Shown here in pieces: positions 41,819 to 56,914 of a DNA stretch of 64,000 nucleotides. The position numbers and the translations under genes are program-made. Position 1 is the first letter of the stretch. Every line of letters begins with the position of its first letter. The DNA lies in NCBI GenBank assembly GCA_964016885.1, contig OZ024741.1, forward strand, positions 310,682,001 to 310,746,000, written 5' to 3'. The stretch comes from Eledone cirrhosa. Lineage: Eukaryota. A model generated the notes under the pieces. That model was not told the DNA's origin and did not search any database. It was given only the letters and a program-made list of their open reading frames with translations.

Positions 41819-44800
41819 CAATATATTCATAAAGGGAATCAATATTTATAAAACAACATTTATTTTATTATATATATTTCAAGGGCAACCAAGGCAAATT
41901 TGTTTTATAAATAAATATTGACATATCCGGAAAAAAGACAACCTTAATGGTTGGAGCTTCCTGGATAGTGGAGATAATATTTTATTGAGGGTAATACAAA
42001 GTTATGAGTGAGTATGCAAATGAGTGTCCGAAAAATTGAAAAGATAACGGTTTATTTAAATTAAACTGTTGGAAGAAGAGGATATGTAAGGGAGCGAGAA
42101 GAAAAGGAAGGAGAAGAGAGAAAAAGAAAGAAAGAACGATTATACATAGTGATAATGAAAATAATTAAAGTGAACGAGGAAATAAATTTTAATGGAAGAA
42201 TATACAGAACGTAAATATACCTAAGTGAAAGAAGAAGTGAAAGAAGAAATAAGATTAACGTGGAAAAATAATATTCAGAATGTAGGGTTCATTATGTTGT
42301 GATTATAATATTTATAATGATAAGTTGAAAATTAAATATTTAAAAATATTATTTAAAATTAAAAATCAAATTTAAAGATTAAAATTTACTTTAATATTTA
42401 ATTTAATTTAATATTAATATTAAAATTAAAAATTAAAAATTAAAATTAAAACGGAAGTATTTATATTATATTAAGATGTATTAGTAATAATATATTGGTT
42501 TAGATGTGTATGTTATGGATTATAAATTATTTAAATGTATAGTATTTTACATTGGAGAAAATCTAGTATGGTTTATTTGATTAAAGTAAGTTTGGCAAAA
42601 TTATATTTATTAATAGTTGTAAGTCAAAACTTAAACATCCAAATAATTCCAAATTTATGAAAATTTACGAGAGTTTTCAAAGGAATAACTAATTAATTAG
42701 ATTATAAAAACAGTATGGGAATATAAAGGGAGTTAGAAGTGATTTTTTAAGAACTCAAATGACTCCAAGGATACATAAAAAAACTTAAAAAAAAATTTTT
42801 TTTAAATTTTTATGCGAGGTCATAAATGTTATAAAGTTAAAAAAGTTAAAAAATTTATCTTAAGAGTATTATTAAAACATAAACCATAGGTTATTTTATG
42901 AGATGTCATAAATTTATTTTAAGAATATAATTGAAACATAAACCATAGATTATTTTATAAGAAGTAATAAATGTTATAAAGTTAAAAAATTTATCTTAAG
43001 AATTTAATTAAAACATAAACCATAGGTTATTTCACATATATATAAAAACCATACGTTATTCCACATATATATAAATATTTGGATATATATTAAAAATGTT
43101 TGAAGATATTGGAAGATATGAAAATAATGGTTTTTCCATATCTTTCAAAGGAACTTTAAAAAGTTTTACCAAGAATTATGTAAAACCTTCAGAAAGTCTT
43201 TCAAGGGAAACTTTTTAGAATTTTTCTTAAAAGAATTTCAAGTAGTCATATAAAAGGTTATAATCTATTGATAAATGTAATAATATAAAGTATATTTATG
43301 AAGTAGAGATAATAGAAAGTAAATTAAATATATATGAATCATATATAGATATAATCTGAGGGATGAAGTTGTAGGTGGTTGGATATAGAAACCGTTATGT
43401 AAAGGAGATTAACCATATATTATATTTTATATATATATCTAAAAGTTGAGTTTAAACGATGTTTACAAGAACAAAATAAATTATTACGCTAATTAATAGA
43501 GTTCTTACTTTTTAGTATAAATAATATATAAATAATAATTCTTTATACTAAAAAGTAAGAACTCTATTAATTTACGAAATAATTTATTTAGTTCTTGTAA
43601 GCATCGTTTCAACTCAACTTTTAGATATATATATAAAATGTAATATATGGTTAATCTCCTTTACATAACGGTTTCTATATCCAACCACCTACAACTTCAT
43701 CCCTCAGATTATATGATTCATATATATTTAATTTACTTTCTATTATCTCTACTTCATAAATATACTTTATATTATTACACTTATCAATAGATTATAACCT
43801 TTTATATGACTACTTGAAATTCTTTTAAGAAAAATTCTAAAAAATTTTGTTTGAAAGACTTTCTGAAGGTTTTAGATAATTCTTGGTAAAACTTTTGAAA
43901 GTTCCCTTGAAAGATATGGCAAACCCATTATTTTCATATCTTCCGATATTTTATATCTTTAAACATTTTTAATATGTATCCAAATATTTATATATATGTG
44001 GAATAACTTATGGTTTTTATATATATGTGAAATAACCTATGGTTTATGTTTTAATTATATTCTTAAGATACATTTTTTAACTTTATAACATTTATGACTT
44101 TTTATAAAATAACCTATGGCTTATGTTTTAATTATACTCTTAAGATACATTTTTTAACTTTTTTAACTTTATAAAATTTCTGACTTCTCATAAAAAAAAA
44201 AAAAATTTTTAAAGTTTTTTTTAATGTATCCTTGGAGTCATTTGAGTTCTTAAAAAATCACTTCTAACTTCCTTTATACTTCCTTACTGTTCTTATAATC
44301 TAATTAAGTAGTTATTCGTTTGTAAACTCTCGTAAAATTTCATAAATTTGGAATTATTTGGATGTTTAAGTTTTGACTTACAACTATTAATAAATATAAT
44401 TTTGCCAAACTTACTTTAATCAAATAAACCATACTAGATTTTCTCCAATGTAAAATACTATACATTTAAATAATTTATAATCCATAACATAGACATCTAA
44501 ACCAATATATTATTACTAATACATCTTAATATAATATAAATACTTCTGTTTTAATTTTAATCTTTAATTTTAATATTAATATTCAATTAAATTTTTAATA
44601 TTAAAGTAAATTTTAATCTTTAATTTTAATTTTTAATTTTAAATAATATATGTAAATATTTAATTTTCAACTTATCATTATAAATATTATAATCACAACA
44701 TAATGAACCCTACATTCTGAATATTATTCTCCCACGTTAATCTTATTTCTTCTTTCACTTCTTCTTTCACTTAGGTATATTTACGTTCTGTATATTCTTC

Positions 44801-45205
44801 CATTAAAATTTATTTCCTCGTTCACTTTAATTATCTTCCCTATCACTATGTATAATCGTTCTTTCTTTCTTTTTCTCTCTTTCTCCTTCCTTTTCTTCTC
44901 GTTCCCTTACATATCCTCTTCCTCCAACAGTTTAATTTAAATAAACCGTTATCTTTTCAATTTTTCGGACACTCATTTGCATACTCACTCATAACTTTGT
45001 ATTACCCTCAATAAAATATTATCTCCGCTATGCAGGAAGCTCCAACCGTTAAGGTTGTCTTTTTTCCGGGTATGTCAATATTTATTTATAAAACAAATCT
45101 GTATTTTATCTGATGAAAGCGCACCATAATTTGCCTTGGTTGCCCTGGAAATATATATAATAAAATAAATATGGTTATATAAATATAGTTTCCATTTATT
45201 AATAT

Positions 45206-45210
<5 letters not shown>
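41819..45210. repeat. ~3.4-kb imperfect palindrome (~1.7-kb arms, ~20-bp loop at 43522-43541)
   Basis: Arm-to-arm reverse complementarity can be followed throughout, with scattered substitutions and indels; (TA)n nearby on both sides. Confidence 0.92.
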
Positions 45211-45272
<62 letters not shown>

Positions 45273-45303
45273 GATAAGTAGCATCAATATCAATTTGATA
45301 TAC

Positions 45304-45435
45304 CTTGGCAGTTTTTACCAATATAACCTACAGTACATCCATCTGAACATGTTCCATATCGATTGTCACAGTTAAAGTTGTTGATACAATGGCATGTCCC
45401 TTTACAAGCAACACCAAACCTTCCTAATTGGCATT
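45304..45435 (-). CDS. EGF/laminin-EGF-like exon of a MEGF10/SREC-type multiple-EGF protein
   Basis: ttttcag acceptor and gtatat donor; 132 nt, phase 1-1; ECQLGRFGVACKGTCHCINNFNCDNRYGTCSDGCTVGYIGKNCQ. Confidence 0.88.
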
Positions 45436-45783
45436 CTGAAAATAACAGTATATATGATAATGTTGAAGATATAATTAATTACATACAGATATAAACGTGT
45501 TATTAATTTTATACCATATCAATAAGATTAAATATAAATTTAAAGTGGTGATAAACAAATGAGTCTGAATACAACTATTAAATAATATATTGATACGGTA
45601 CATTACAGAGAGAGGTTTTAAGTTTGTGTAAAAGCATAAAAGCAATTTTACAATATCTTATGAACTCATGGAAAAAATAAACAATATAATTAGAAACATT
45701 GCATGTACACATATCAGAATTCTTTCCTTGAGTAGGTTCTACTATAATTATTAGTGATACTCTTACATTTAACGACAATAATT

Positions 45784-45836
<53 letters not shown>

Positions 45837-45867
45837 CAGATCAAAAGATGGTTAAAAGAGTTCCATG

Positions 45868-45938
45868 TATTTTATTATGCGCATTTCAAAAACAAATATC
45901 ATCATGCAATAACATTTGTGTTTTCATCAGATAAAATA
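45868..45938 (-). ncRNA. Minimal type I hammerhead (left arm of fold-back 45838-46078)
   Basis: Reverse complement of 45979-46049. Confidence 0.8.
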
Positions 45939-45978
45939 GGAAGACATGATATGAAGGTTATAAAATATCATGTCTTCC

Positions 45979-46049
45979 TATTTTATCTGATGAAAACACA
46001 AATGTTATTGCATGATAATATTTGTTTTTGAAATGCGCATAATAAAATA
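45979..46049 (+). ncRNA. Minimal type I hammerhead ribozyme
   Basis: tattttat-CTGATGA-aaacacaaat...atttgttttt-GAAA-tgcgca(palindrome)-TA-ataaaata; 8-bp stem I. Confidence 0.85.
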
Positions 46050-46200
46050 CATGGAACTCTTTTAACCATCTTTTGATCTTATATATTATGTATACTCCAG
46101 TCCTACAAATTGTAGAGTGCTTCTTATCCGATATCTGCATTGCTTTATTGTACTACAATAAAACTCACCTCCTACATATATATATATATATGTATATATA

Positions 46201-46296
<96 letters not shown>

Positions 46297-46403
46297 GTGT
46301 TAAGTAAGCGACAATGTCGCTACATTTAAACAATAGCGTATGGTCTTCAAAATGCTTTTAATTAAGCATACAATGTATTGCAAAATACACTATATATACA
46401 TTC

Positions 46404-46439
<36 letters not shown>

Positions 46440-46488
46440 ATGTATATACGTATATATATGTATATATATATACATACACACACATACA

Positions 46489-46553
<65 letters not shown>

Positions 46554-46554
46554 T

Positions 46555-47141
46555 TCGTTTCTGAATTTGTTTAGCAAGATTCTTTATCTGAAATCGTGTG
46601 TTGAAACCGATATTGTTATACTTTGGGAGGGTCATGTTGCCAATAAGAAACACACGCACCAGTTGCTTTCACTTCAATTTATTATATATTTATAAATTTA
46701 TAAATTTACAAATCTACAAATTTATAAATTTCTGGTTCGTTGGTTGGTTCCACAACCAGATAGTTGTTTATATATAGTCATTAGTCCTTTCGTCACACAC
46801 TCTGTGACCTCTTCAGTGACTGGGGATGCCTTTCCTTTCTTCTGTCCTACGCCATTTTGTTTCTGTGTGACACACACAGAAACAAAATGGGGTAGACAGA
46901 AGAAAGGAAAGGCACAGAAACAAAGAAAGGAATCCCCAGTCACTGAAGAGGTCACAGAGTGTGTGACGAAAGGACTAATGACTATATATAAACAACTATC
47001 TGGTTGTGGAACCAACCAACCAACCAGAAAATTATAAATTTGTAGATTTGTAAATTTATAAATTTATAAATATATAATAAATTGAAGTGAAAGCAACTGG
47101 TGCGTGTGTTTCTTATTGGCAACATGACCCTCCCAAAGTAT

Positions 47142-47146
<5 letters not shown>
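46555..47146. repeat. Fold-back (~260-bp arms, centre about 46872) with an HHR-like motif in each arm
   Basis: agtca-CTGAAGA-g gtcac..gtgac-GAAA-ggacTA-a-tgact at 46938-46983, with a mirror copy; microsatellite flanks. Confidence 0.8.
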
Positions 47147-47203
<57 letters not shown>

Positions 47204-48684
47204 ATATATATATATACACATACATATATATATAATCAGATGCATTATATATTAATAAAAAATAATCCTCAGCGAAATATGTGCAACGGAATTTAGTAAA
47301 CCTGAATCAACTGAATATGGCCTCCGATATTTTATTAATATATGTATGATGGCTGAAATTCGATTTCGAATATTGTCTTCGCTTGATACTTAAGCATGTG
47401 CATCACGGACATGGCTTTTCAGCCATGCTAGGGACTTGTTATCACCAGCAATACCATGTAAAGCAAAAGATGTCACTTATTCAGCGATACTTATGCATGA
47501 AGCTATTTTAAGCGATGAAACTCTTTGCACGGAGCCAATCCCACTCTGAACTTTGAATGCATTTGACCAAAATGTAGAACTGGTCTACATCATTTGCAGG
47601 GTTTATGTCAGAGTCACCTTCTCCTAGAGAGCTGTCTTAATGAAGACTAGGAATCTGTCGATCCACAATATATATATATAATAAATGAGTCAAGAATAAC
47701 ACGGATCGGCTGTACATTAGGGTTTATTCAAAGTATTAACAAATGTTTCATTAGTCCGTTGTGTCTAATTACCACTAATCGCAGTATGCCACGGAACTCG
47801 ATTTCAATTACAATTCACACGCAACTAAATTTTCAAAATACTGATTCTGTGTATATGATAGAGTACGCTTGTGTTCATAGATACATGAAAAATAACAAGA
47901 ATAATAATAAGAAGGAATGTATAGTGAATAGGAGGATATTTGGATAAAGGCAAGAAAACATAGTAATAATAATAATTGTTTCTACTTTAGGCACAAGGCC
48001 AGCAATTACCCAGTGCATTACTGGTACTTTATTTTATCGACCCCGTAAGGATGAAAGGCAAAGTCAATCAATAATAATATGAAAAAAGTGGTGTGAAAAG
48101 ATAATATAAGGAAAATGATAAAAAAGTAAAAACAATAATAGAGATAGTAAAGATAATAAAAAAAAATACCAGTAGAGTTGAAAGTAAAGATGGGAAGTGA
48201 GGGTATAAAGTAACTGGACAGTGTAATAACATGGTATGAGTGAAACGAAGGGATACAGGTGACAGTGTAATAAAGTGGGATAAGATGAAATAAAAAGATA
48301 AAAAGAAAGAGATAATGATAAAGCATGGGTAATTAGGATTGGAGGTATTTTGAAAAGTGTAATCTTAATGGGTAGAGGTGAAGATTGGTGCTGATGTTGG
48401 CTATGAAGGGTGGTTGATGCTGTATGTGAGGGAATGGATTTGAAGGGTTGTGTCTTTAAAGAAAAAATACTTAATCACCGACGAAGTGCCGGTTATTCTT
48501 GCTTTCTATTAGTTGGTGGTGTAACTTTTGAAGTGTTAAAGAAAGCTTGCTCTCGTACGTGATTAACCGTTAACGGTGGTAAGGAGGTGTCAAAGTGGTT
48601 CGTTGGTGGCAATTTTGCAGACACTATAAATCCTGGGAGTTGTATTGTTTACATGGATAATGAGATTGCTGGATCGAGTCTTGT

Positions 48685-51010
48685 TTATCTCGATTTGTAA
48701 TTCGAAAATTTACTAGCGGCTTTGTGCCTACAGAACATTGTCCGCTCGATTTTGCTGTTTAGTAGCGTCTTATTATACTGTAGAATATGGAGTAATTCCA
48801 TATTGCATAGTACGCATTGGCACATCCCATTTGTGTAGACTTTTGCATTCGATAATTTCAACCAGCTAATTCTATATCCTTGATTATTGTCCTTAAGTTG
48901 CCAGATTTTATTGGCCAACGTCTTTGTGTTACTGGGCCTCCTGTACTTTATGGAGTGTCGATGCACATACCATCGTTTTTTGTAGTCACCAGCCGTAGAA
49001 CCTATGTAATACCACATATTGTTGCCAATCTTAATAGTGCACAGATATACTTACCGGAATCTAGGCATCTATTCTGTAGTGGGCATTTATCCGGCAGGTG
49101 GCAGTTACATTTGGAGGCCTTCCTATGTGCTGGTTCCTCGTTATAGTTCGATTTGTTGTTTGAGATAGGCTGGGATGCTGGTCTGTTTGTGTTTTGTTGT
49201 GACATATATCGACGGACAGTCGGTTGTGATGCTGTTATGCGTTTTTTTTGTATTTGATGTTGAGGTGATGGTTTGTGGACTACAGTCTTTAGAGATTCTC
49301 CTGGATTATTTTTTATGTGTGATTCGATGTTCACTGCAGTAGAGTAAGAGAGCTTAATAGTTTTTCTATTGAAGATTCTAAGTTATGTGTGTGGTTTAGG
49401 GAAGTGCTTATCGATTATATTAAAGAATATAGATGGAAGGTTGGTCTGTATGGAGGATTTGAAAATTGGATTGAACCACAAAAACCTCTTATTTCAGGCT
49501 TTCTTGGAGTGTCCGGAGGTTCCCATGCTCGTATTCTTTTCAGCTATTCTATGTGTCTGTTGTTTATTTTTATGTATAGTCCTATATCTGTTATTGCTAT
49601 TAGGGCGGGTGGCGTAGTTGCCGCTGGGTTTGTATTTGTTGTTGTCGTCGCTATCGTGTATGTATTTGAGCCCCTCTTTGTCGCCTGCTTTACGTAAATC
49701 TGGGTTATTTTAGTTTGTGTGTTCCTTAAATATTTCTAGATTAGAAGACAGGTGGGATATTCTAAGGGATATACCGTGTGCTATTCAATTAATTATGGAG
49801 CGTGGATAGTTGGAGTTATAACTAATGTAGCCTAGGTTATCATTATCTTTATGGAAAGTCTCAATTAGTCCCATGTTTAAGTTAAGTGTTACATCTAGGA
49901 ATTTTCCTTTTTTTTAATTCTGCTCGATGTTTTTCCGTAAACATTCCATGCTTTGATTGTTCGTGTTTTTAGCTAAAAGGAGGAGATCGTCTCTATAAAT
50001 TCATCCTTTTTAGCTAAAAGGAGCACATCGTCTCTATAAATTCACCCTGAATTCCTTATGTATGTTGTGGGCTATATAAATTCCTACTATGTCCGTGACT
50101 TGCACTGAGTCGTTAGACCCAATAGTAATGTCAAAGCTATTTTGTCGTCTATCCCGTCATTCTTAGTAATGATTCTCGAATTTAATGATAGTTCTCCTAG
50201 CAGCTAGTATTATTCTAATTTTACCCATAGTTAGGTCTGAATTTTTCCGGGCAAAATCTAGTGCCTTATTTGGGATGACTGGAGATATGGCTGAGTAATA
50301 ATCATGAATATCGAACTGTCTGAAATTAGATGTTGCCTTATTGTCTATTTTGTTTAATCAGTTGACACCCTCGTTAGTTCTACACCATACTTTTATTCTT
50401 AGTTTATCTTTGATTTGTGTAATTACCCTATCTAGTATATGTTTGCTAATTCTACATATATCGGATTTTGATGGGCATATCAGTCTAATTGTAGGGTCCG
50501 TTTCGAAGTTATTTTTGTGACTTTTCAGGTTAAAAGTGGGGCTCCATGGGGTAGAGGCTCTGTTCTATCAGTAAGTTCTAGTTTTCTTCACTATAGTAAA
50601 CCCTTCGTTGTTGATGTCCTCAAGTGTAGCATCAAGGGTTTTCCTGCATTTTTTGTGTAGTTCATGGCGTATAAAGCTGTTGTAGGTGTCTAGGCTCATG
50701 GTGAATACGTTCGATGTTTTCTCCGGTTTAATTATAATTCCGTCAGTATTGCGTAGTTTTTCAAAAGTGCATTGATGTCGTTCTGCAGTTTGTTGGGACC
50801 AGTGCGTTTTTTGAAACTTAATTCCACTTATCATGTTCATGAGGTCGAGTTCAAAAGCGTCAAGCTGGGGGTTCCTTGGTGGGTTTTTGCAAGATTTAAA
50901 TCCGTATTGCTCTTTAGTGTTTCCCTCAGTATCAATTGTGTGTCCTTTGTCGTAATGATATCCTTTCCAACGGATTCGATGGTTAAAATCACTGGTGCGC
51001 TGTATCATGC
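48685..51010 (-). mobile_element. Near-complete degenerate Penelope-like ORF (N-terminus, RT, GIY-YIG); 3' region extends to about 47700
   Basis: RWKGYHY..YGFKS, FDIHDYYSAI, FDITIGS, YRDD, WFNP, CNCHLPDKCPL, YYIGSTAG..KRWYVH and CVLC motifs. Confidence 0.9.
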
Positions 51011-51029
51011 CGAGTGTATAATCCCTGTT

Positions 51030-51230
51030 TTAATATTTAATATAGACATGACCTCTAAAGTACTTGAACTGTTTCATTCGAGAAAAATCATCAGGAAGCC
51101 TCTGTTGATTTCTCCCGAATGAAACAGTTGAAGTCCTGTAGAAGCCATTTCTATGTTAAATATTCATACTCTGCTATATATTGAGTACCTTACTTACTGT
51201 GGCTACCCCCGATTGAACCCGATAAACTTT
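51030..51230. repeat. Family H1 fold-back with decayed hammerheads
   Basis: Homologous to 27512-27690; arms 51030-51094 and 51102-51165. Confidence 0.75.
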
Positions 51231-51240
51231 TATATATCTA

Positions 51241-51274
<34 letters not shown>

Positions 51275-51899
51275 GCTATCTATCTATCTATCTATCTATA
51301 TATATATAGAATATTTTCGTATCGTGAGAGATTAGAGGTTTAAAGAGATAAGCGATACAAATAGTCAATTGCCCAAAGCTGGTGCATTTGTGCTCATTAC
51401 TTGTGGCTACAGGGTTAAATATCGGAAACGTTAATATTTAGCGGGCGAGAATATAAGCAGAGCGGTTACAAATGAAAGGATTACAAAGGAGAATACATAC
51501 CGTTAGAACATGTTTATACAAAAGCACCTACGTACGTTTCGGCCGAACAGGGCTTCTCAAGGGCATACAAGTCTAGAGAGTGTTCAGTACAGAACCCAGA
51601 AGGGGTTTTAAAGTGACAGTCACATGAAAGTTCATTCTTGATTCAAACAGACATGTTGTTATTGTCACCGAGCAAGGGGAGTAACTCTGGCCGGTGTTTG
51701 AATAAATGTCCCCAAATGGCTTATTATCCGTTCGCATGATGGTTGCTTTCCATTATTATTTTATGGGTGCTACTTTACTATTGCCCAGTCAGGCCGGATC
51801 TGAGAGGCATAGTTGGTGTACAAATGTTTAGTTAAGCAACCTACCCACCGGCACGTTATGGTTTGGTGCAAGGGGACCCAGTTTATGGTGTTCAGATCT

Positions 51900-52700
51900 C
51901 AACCTGTATTCTGTGTCTGCAGTTTATCACAGTTTCTGCTCTGCTGTTGTTGAGCTCTAAGGGTGCTCTTATGATATGGTAAAGTTCCATGAGGAAGAGC
52001 TCGCACTTCCTTTTGAAGTTGTACGGTGTTGCCCTGCTGACAATTTCCCAGTATGTGGAGAGTCTAATGCTGTAGTCTTTTAATGTTGTGGTGTAGGTGG
52101 CGAGTGATGTGGATTATCTTAGCTTCTTGTTTCTAAAAGAGTGGAGATGTGTCCGAAATCTAGTTTTGAACGAGCCAGAGGTGGCCCCTATATAATGCTT
52201 GACGCTATTATGGCTAGTTATGGTGCACCTATAAATAACATTATTGTCAGGCAACTTACTCTGAGCGCACAGCTTCCCTCATCTCGATAGTTGCATTGTT
52301 GGTCGCGGTCGCTGCCGCTACGGTGGCTCCTAGTGCTCGAAGTAAGGCCATTACTATTGCTACCTATGTTATTATCCACGCCACCGCCACTATCTCTGTA
52401 GTTAGTACTATTATATCCTATTGCGTGCGCGGTAGTACCATTATCACTCCGCACGCCAGGGGCACCTTCTGTTTCCGCCTCGTCACCCGTACAGTTCACC
52501 AGCATGCTCTCCAGTCTCGCCGCGGTTATGTCGGTTGCGTCTGTTGGAGCTGCCACCAACATTGTCGGGTGCTGCTAGGGAAACGTTAAGGCTATTAGGG
52601 TTGCTGTCAAGTCTAGACTTATCGCTGCTATGGTGCCGTGCTTTGAGGAGCTTACTGTAATTAGTTATCCCTATGATGTCTGTTAGATTAGGTATAGTGG
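51900..52700 (-). mobile_element. Penelope-like GIY-YIG fragment; decayed HHR downstream at about 51523-51566
   Basis: HYIGATSGSFKTRFRTHLHSF..WEIVSRATPY..CELFLME..CRHR; downstream gcc..ggcc-GAAA-cgtacg-TA-ggtgc. Confidence 0.8.
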
Positions 52701-52949
52701 AGAAGACAGTAGTTAGAGAGACAGGAAGTGAAAGAGACAGATTAGAAAAAATACACACACTCACACATCTAAAGAGAGAGAGGAGAGAGAGAGAGAGAGA
52801 CAGGGAAAGAGAAACAGAGGGACAGGCAAGGAGATAATACATACATCTAAAATCATTGGAGACAATTATCATAATATAATGGTTGCAGAACGAAAATACA
52901 GACAAATATAATAATCCCACCACACACTTTTTCTGTCGTCGCTGGCATA

Positions 52950-53042
<93 letters not shown>

Positions 53043-53292
53043 CACATACTTTCACACTTGATTGCGCCAATTGCCGGATAACCTTAGAACAAAACACACA
53101 GACACACACATGCACATACACACATACACAAACACACATACACATACACACTAACACACACATATCTATACTTTATATGTATGCATGTATGTATGTCAGA
53201 TCATTCCACCTCACTATAATTTAACTACTGTCGCTCTTCACTTTCTATCTGACAACACTGTTTTAGTTTCCGTATCTCCCTTCAATATATAC

Positions 53293-53338
<46 letters not shown>

Positions 53339-53483
53339 GAAGAGAGAGATTTACAGAAAGATTAGGAAAACTACACACACACATCTACAGAGAGAGAGAG
53401 AGAGAAAAACAGAGGGAGGGGAAGAGAGAGAGATAGGCTGTTAGACAGAGAGAGATACAATTAAAGTGTTAGTTAGTCAGAGA

Positions 53484-53532
<49 letters not shown>

Positions 53533-54162
53533 TCGGAAGGACAATGTAACACGGGAGGGTGTGTGGTATCTTTGCAGTGGAGTGGTGGGGGCAGGTATAC
53601 CTAGCCGGGCGCCAGCCGGACGGGTCAGCTGGTATATATATATATATATCAGTATATATGAACTTGTAGTTCCTGTCTGTTTGTCTGTTTGTTTGTTCAC
53701 GAACTCTTATGGTTTTGGAGATAGACCCCCCATAACCATATATATTCTGAAACTACATTGCCCAGGATACTTGAATAAATATATTTCATTTTAATCCAAG
53801 GGTTCCCCAGGGGCACACACCCCCGCTGGAAATCCTCGCTGAAAATGTTTTCCCTTCGATTTATATAAAATTTAAATCATAGGTAAATGGCAAGATATGA
53901 TGCCTATCCACAAAAGTTTTTGAAAAAATTATATACAAGAAAAAAATATGAATACAATTTAATAATGTAATTTTGATTTGATATATTACAAAAAAAATAA
54001 TGCTTTCCAATTTTGTATGCATCACATTGAATAATATTGAAATGCATAGCTTTTCTCCATAAATTATATTACTGATTTAAAATCAATCATCATTTAAAAA
54101 AAAAAAAAATGTGTGAAACGCAGCAAGGCGCGTGTAATTCAGCTAATGTATATATATAGTTG

Positions 54163-54976
54163 CCGTATATTCCAGCGTACAAGTCGACATTTTGAACCGA
54201 AAATATCTCTCCAAAACCACAAAACCAGGGGTCGACTTGTCTGCCGAATATAAAATACGAACCTTTACCACTGAGTGTTAAACAGTGAAACTGGCTGTCT
54301 AACACTTGTTGTACACCACTTACCATAATTCTAGCAGCCCACCACAACTATTTGCTACTGAATTTCATATTTGTTAAGTCTGTTTAACGTAGACATTATA
54401 ATAATATCAATGACTTTCCGTAGCTTATAGGGTAGGTTGCCATAGGTTGGTTAAGTTTAGGCTAGGCTGATTTTCTCAGTCAGTTAGAACTCACTTACGA
54501 CTGAAGTGTTTTAGAAGAGGTGTCTTAGAAGTATCTAAACTATCGGAAAACCTATGGTAATTTCTCCACTAAACAAAAATGGCCGAAAGTAAAAGTGTAT
54601 CACCATGTAATGCTGATAAACTGAGGATAAGGACATTTTAGGCTTTTTAAATTACGGCGTATCAAGTAATGGTGTAGTAGCAGGTTGTTTATTAATAACA
54701 CAATTCAGTTAAATCATTTTGTTAACAGTAAAATAAATTTTACAAATTGTGTTTTCTTCACATGCATTTTTATTTTACAATTATTTCGTCTTTATTTCCA
54801 TATTTTATATTTTGTGCAAATAAACAACGGCAAGCATATCTACGGCTGGGGAGATGGTAATGCATTATTTTTGGGGTTCGTCTTATCCGGTGTATATAGG
54901 CCTAAACCTGAATTAGACCTCAGAATTTCAGGGGTCGACCTATGTAACGGATCAACTTTTCCACCAGCATATACGG
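54163..54976. mobile_element. Non-autonomous Tc1/mariner (Tc2/pogo-like) DNA element
   Basis: Imperfect TIRs CCGTATAT..AAGTCGAC and GATCAACTT..ATATACGG followed by TA; partial paralog at 60175-60612. Confidence 0.6.
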
Positions 54977-55021
54977 TATATATACATAAATGTATACACA
55001 CACTGATACGCACACACACTG

Positions 55022-56537
<1,516 letters not shown>

Positions 56538-56633
56538 TATTATAAGTTGAGCCAACTTATGCAGCTTCATATGCAAATGAGATTAATCACCTCATTTACA
56601 CAGACGAGAAAAGTATATATTTTCGCCTATCTC

Positions 56634-56914
56634 CTAGTCCAGCAGCGCAATCGGTGGGAGAGACCGTCCTGACGAAGGCCAGTTAAGCCTGAAATGCATA
56701 GACGGTTGTCCCCCTTGCTTCTGCTGGACATCACCAGAGGGCGATAGCCTTCCGGTGTTTGCATAGCTACGGCTTCCTAAAACCGTATCTCTTTGGAGAT
56801 ACGAAATATTTATTACTATAATTGTTTGTTTTATATTTTTTACACGACTGTATGTAAAATCGCCGGCATGTATTGTGCCCTTTTCTTGTGCGCCTATGTG
56901 GCAAATAAAGAAAT
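56634..56914 (+). mobile_element. 281-bp insertion with a hammerhead head and a Tx1-LINE 3' tail, flanked by a CTATCTC direct repeat
   Basis: CTATCTC at 56627-56633 and 56915-56921; tail 56833-56913 matches 12938-13027 (reverse complement). Confidence 0.75.
56637..56729 (+). ncRNA. Type I hammerhead ribozyme with extended stem I
   Basis: accgtc-CTGACGA-aggc cagttaa gcct-GAAA-tgca-TA-gacggt; outer helix gtccagcag/ctgctggac. Confidence 0.88.

Noticed and set aside
41819-45210. Palindromes as assembly or amplification fold-back artefacts
   Set aside because: Arms differ by substitutions, indels and arm-specific insertions; only the short perfect ones (e.g. 34202-34324) remain untestable by eye
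52218-52562. 114-aa GC-richer ORF as a host exon
   Set aside because: It is the low-complexity linker directly upstream of a PLE GIY-YIG domain (ends in CNYRDEGSCAL..C)
53595-53900. Possible Helitron-type ends (GC hairpin plus CTGG, then a TCTG/TTTG-repeat start)
   Set aside because: Single copy in the window with degenerate termini; cannot be supported without a genome search
56571-56620. Octamer, PSE-like TCACC and TATA upstream of the HHR element, suggesting a U6-type promoter
   Set aside because: Lies outside the CTATCTC duplication, so it belongs to the pre-insertion flank; the spacing is also imperfect
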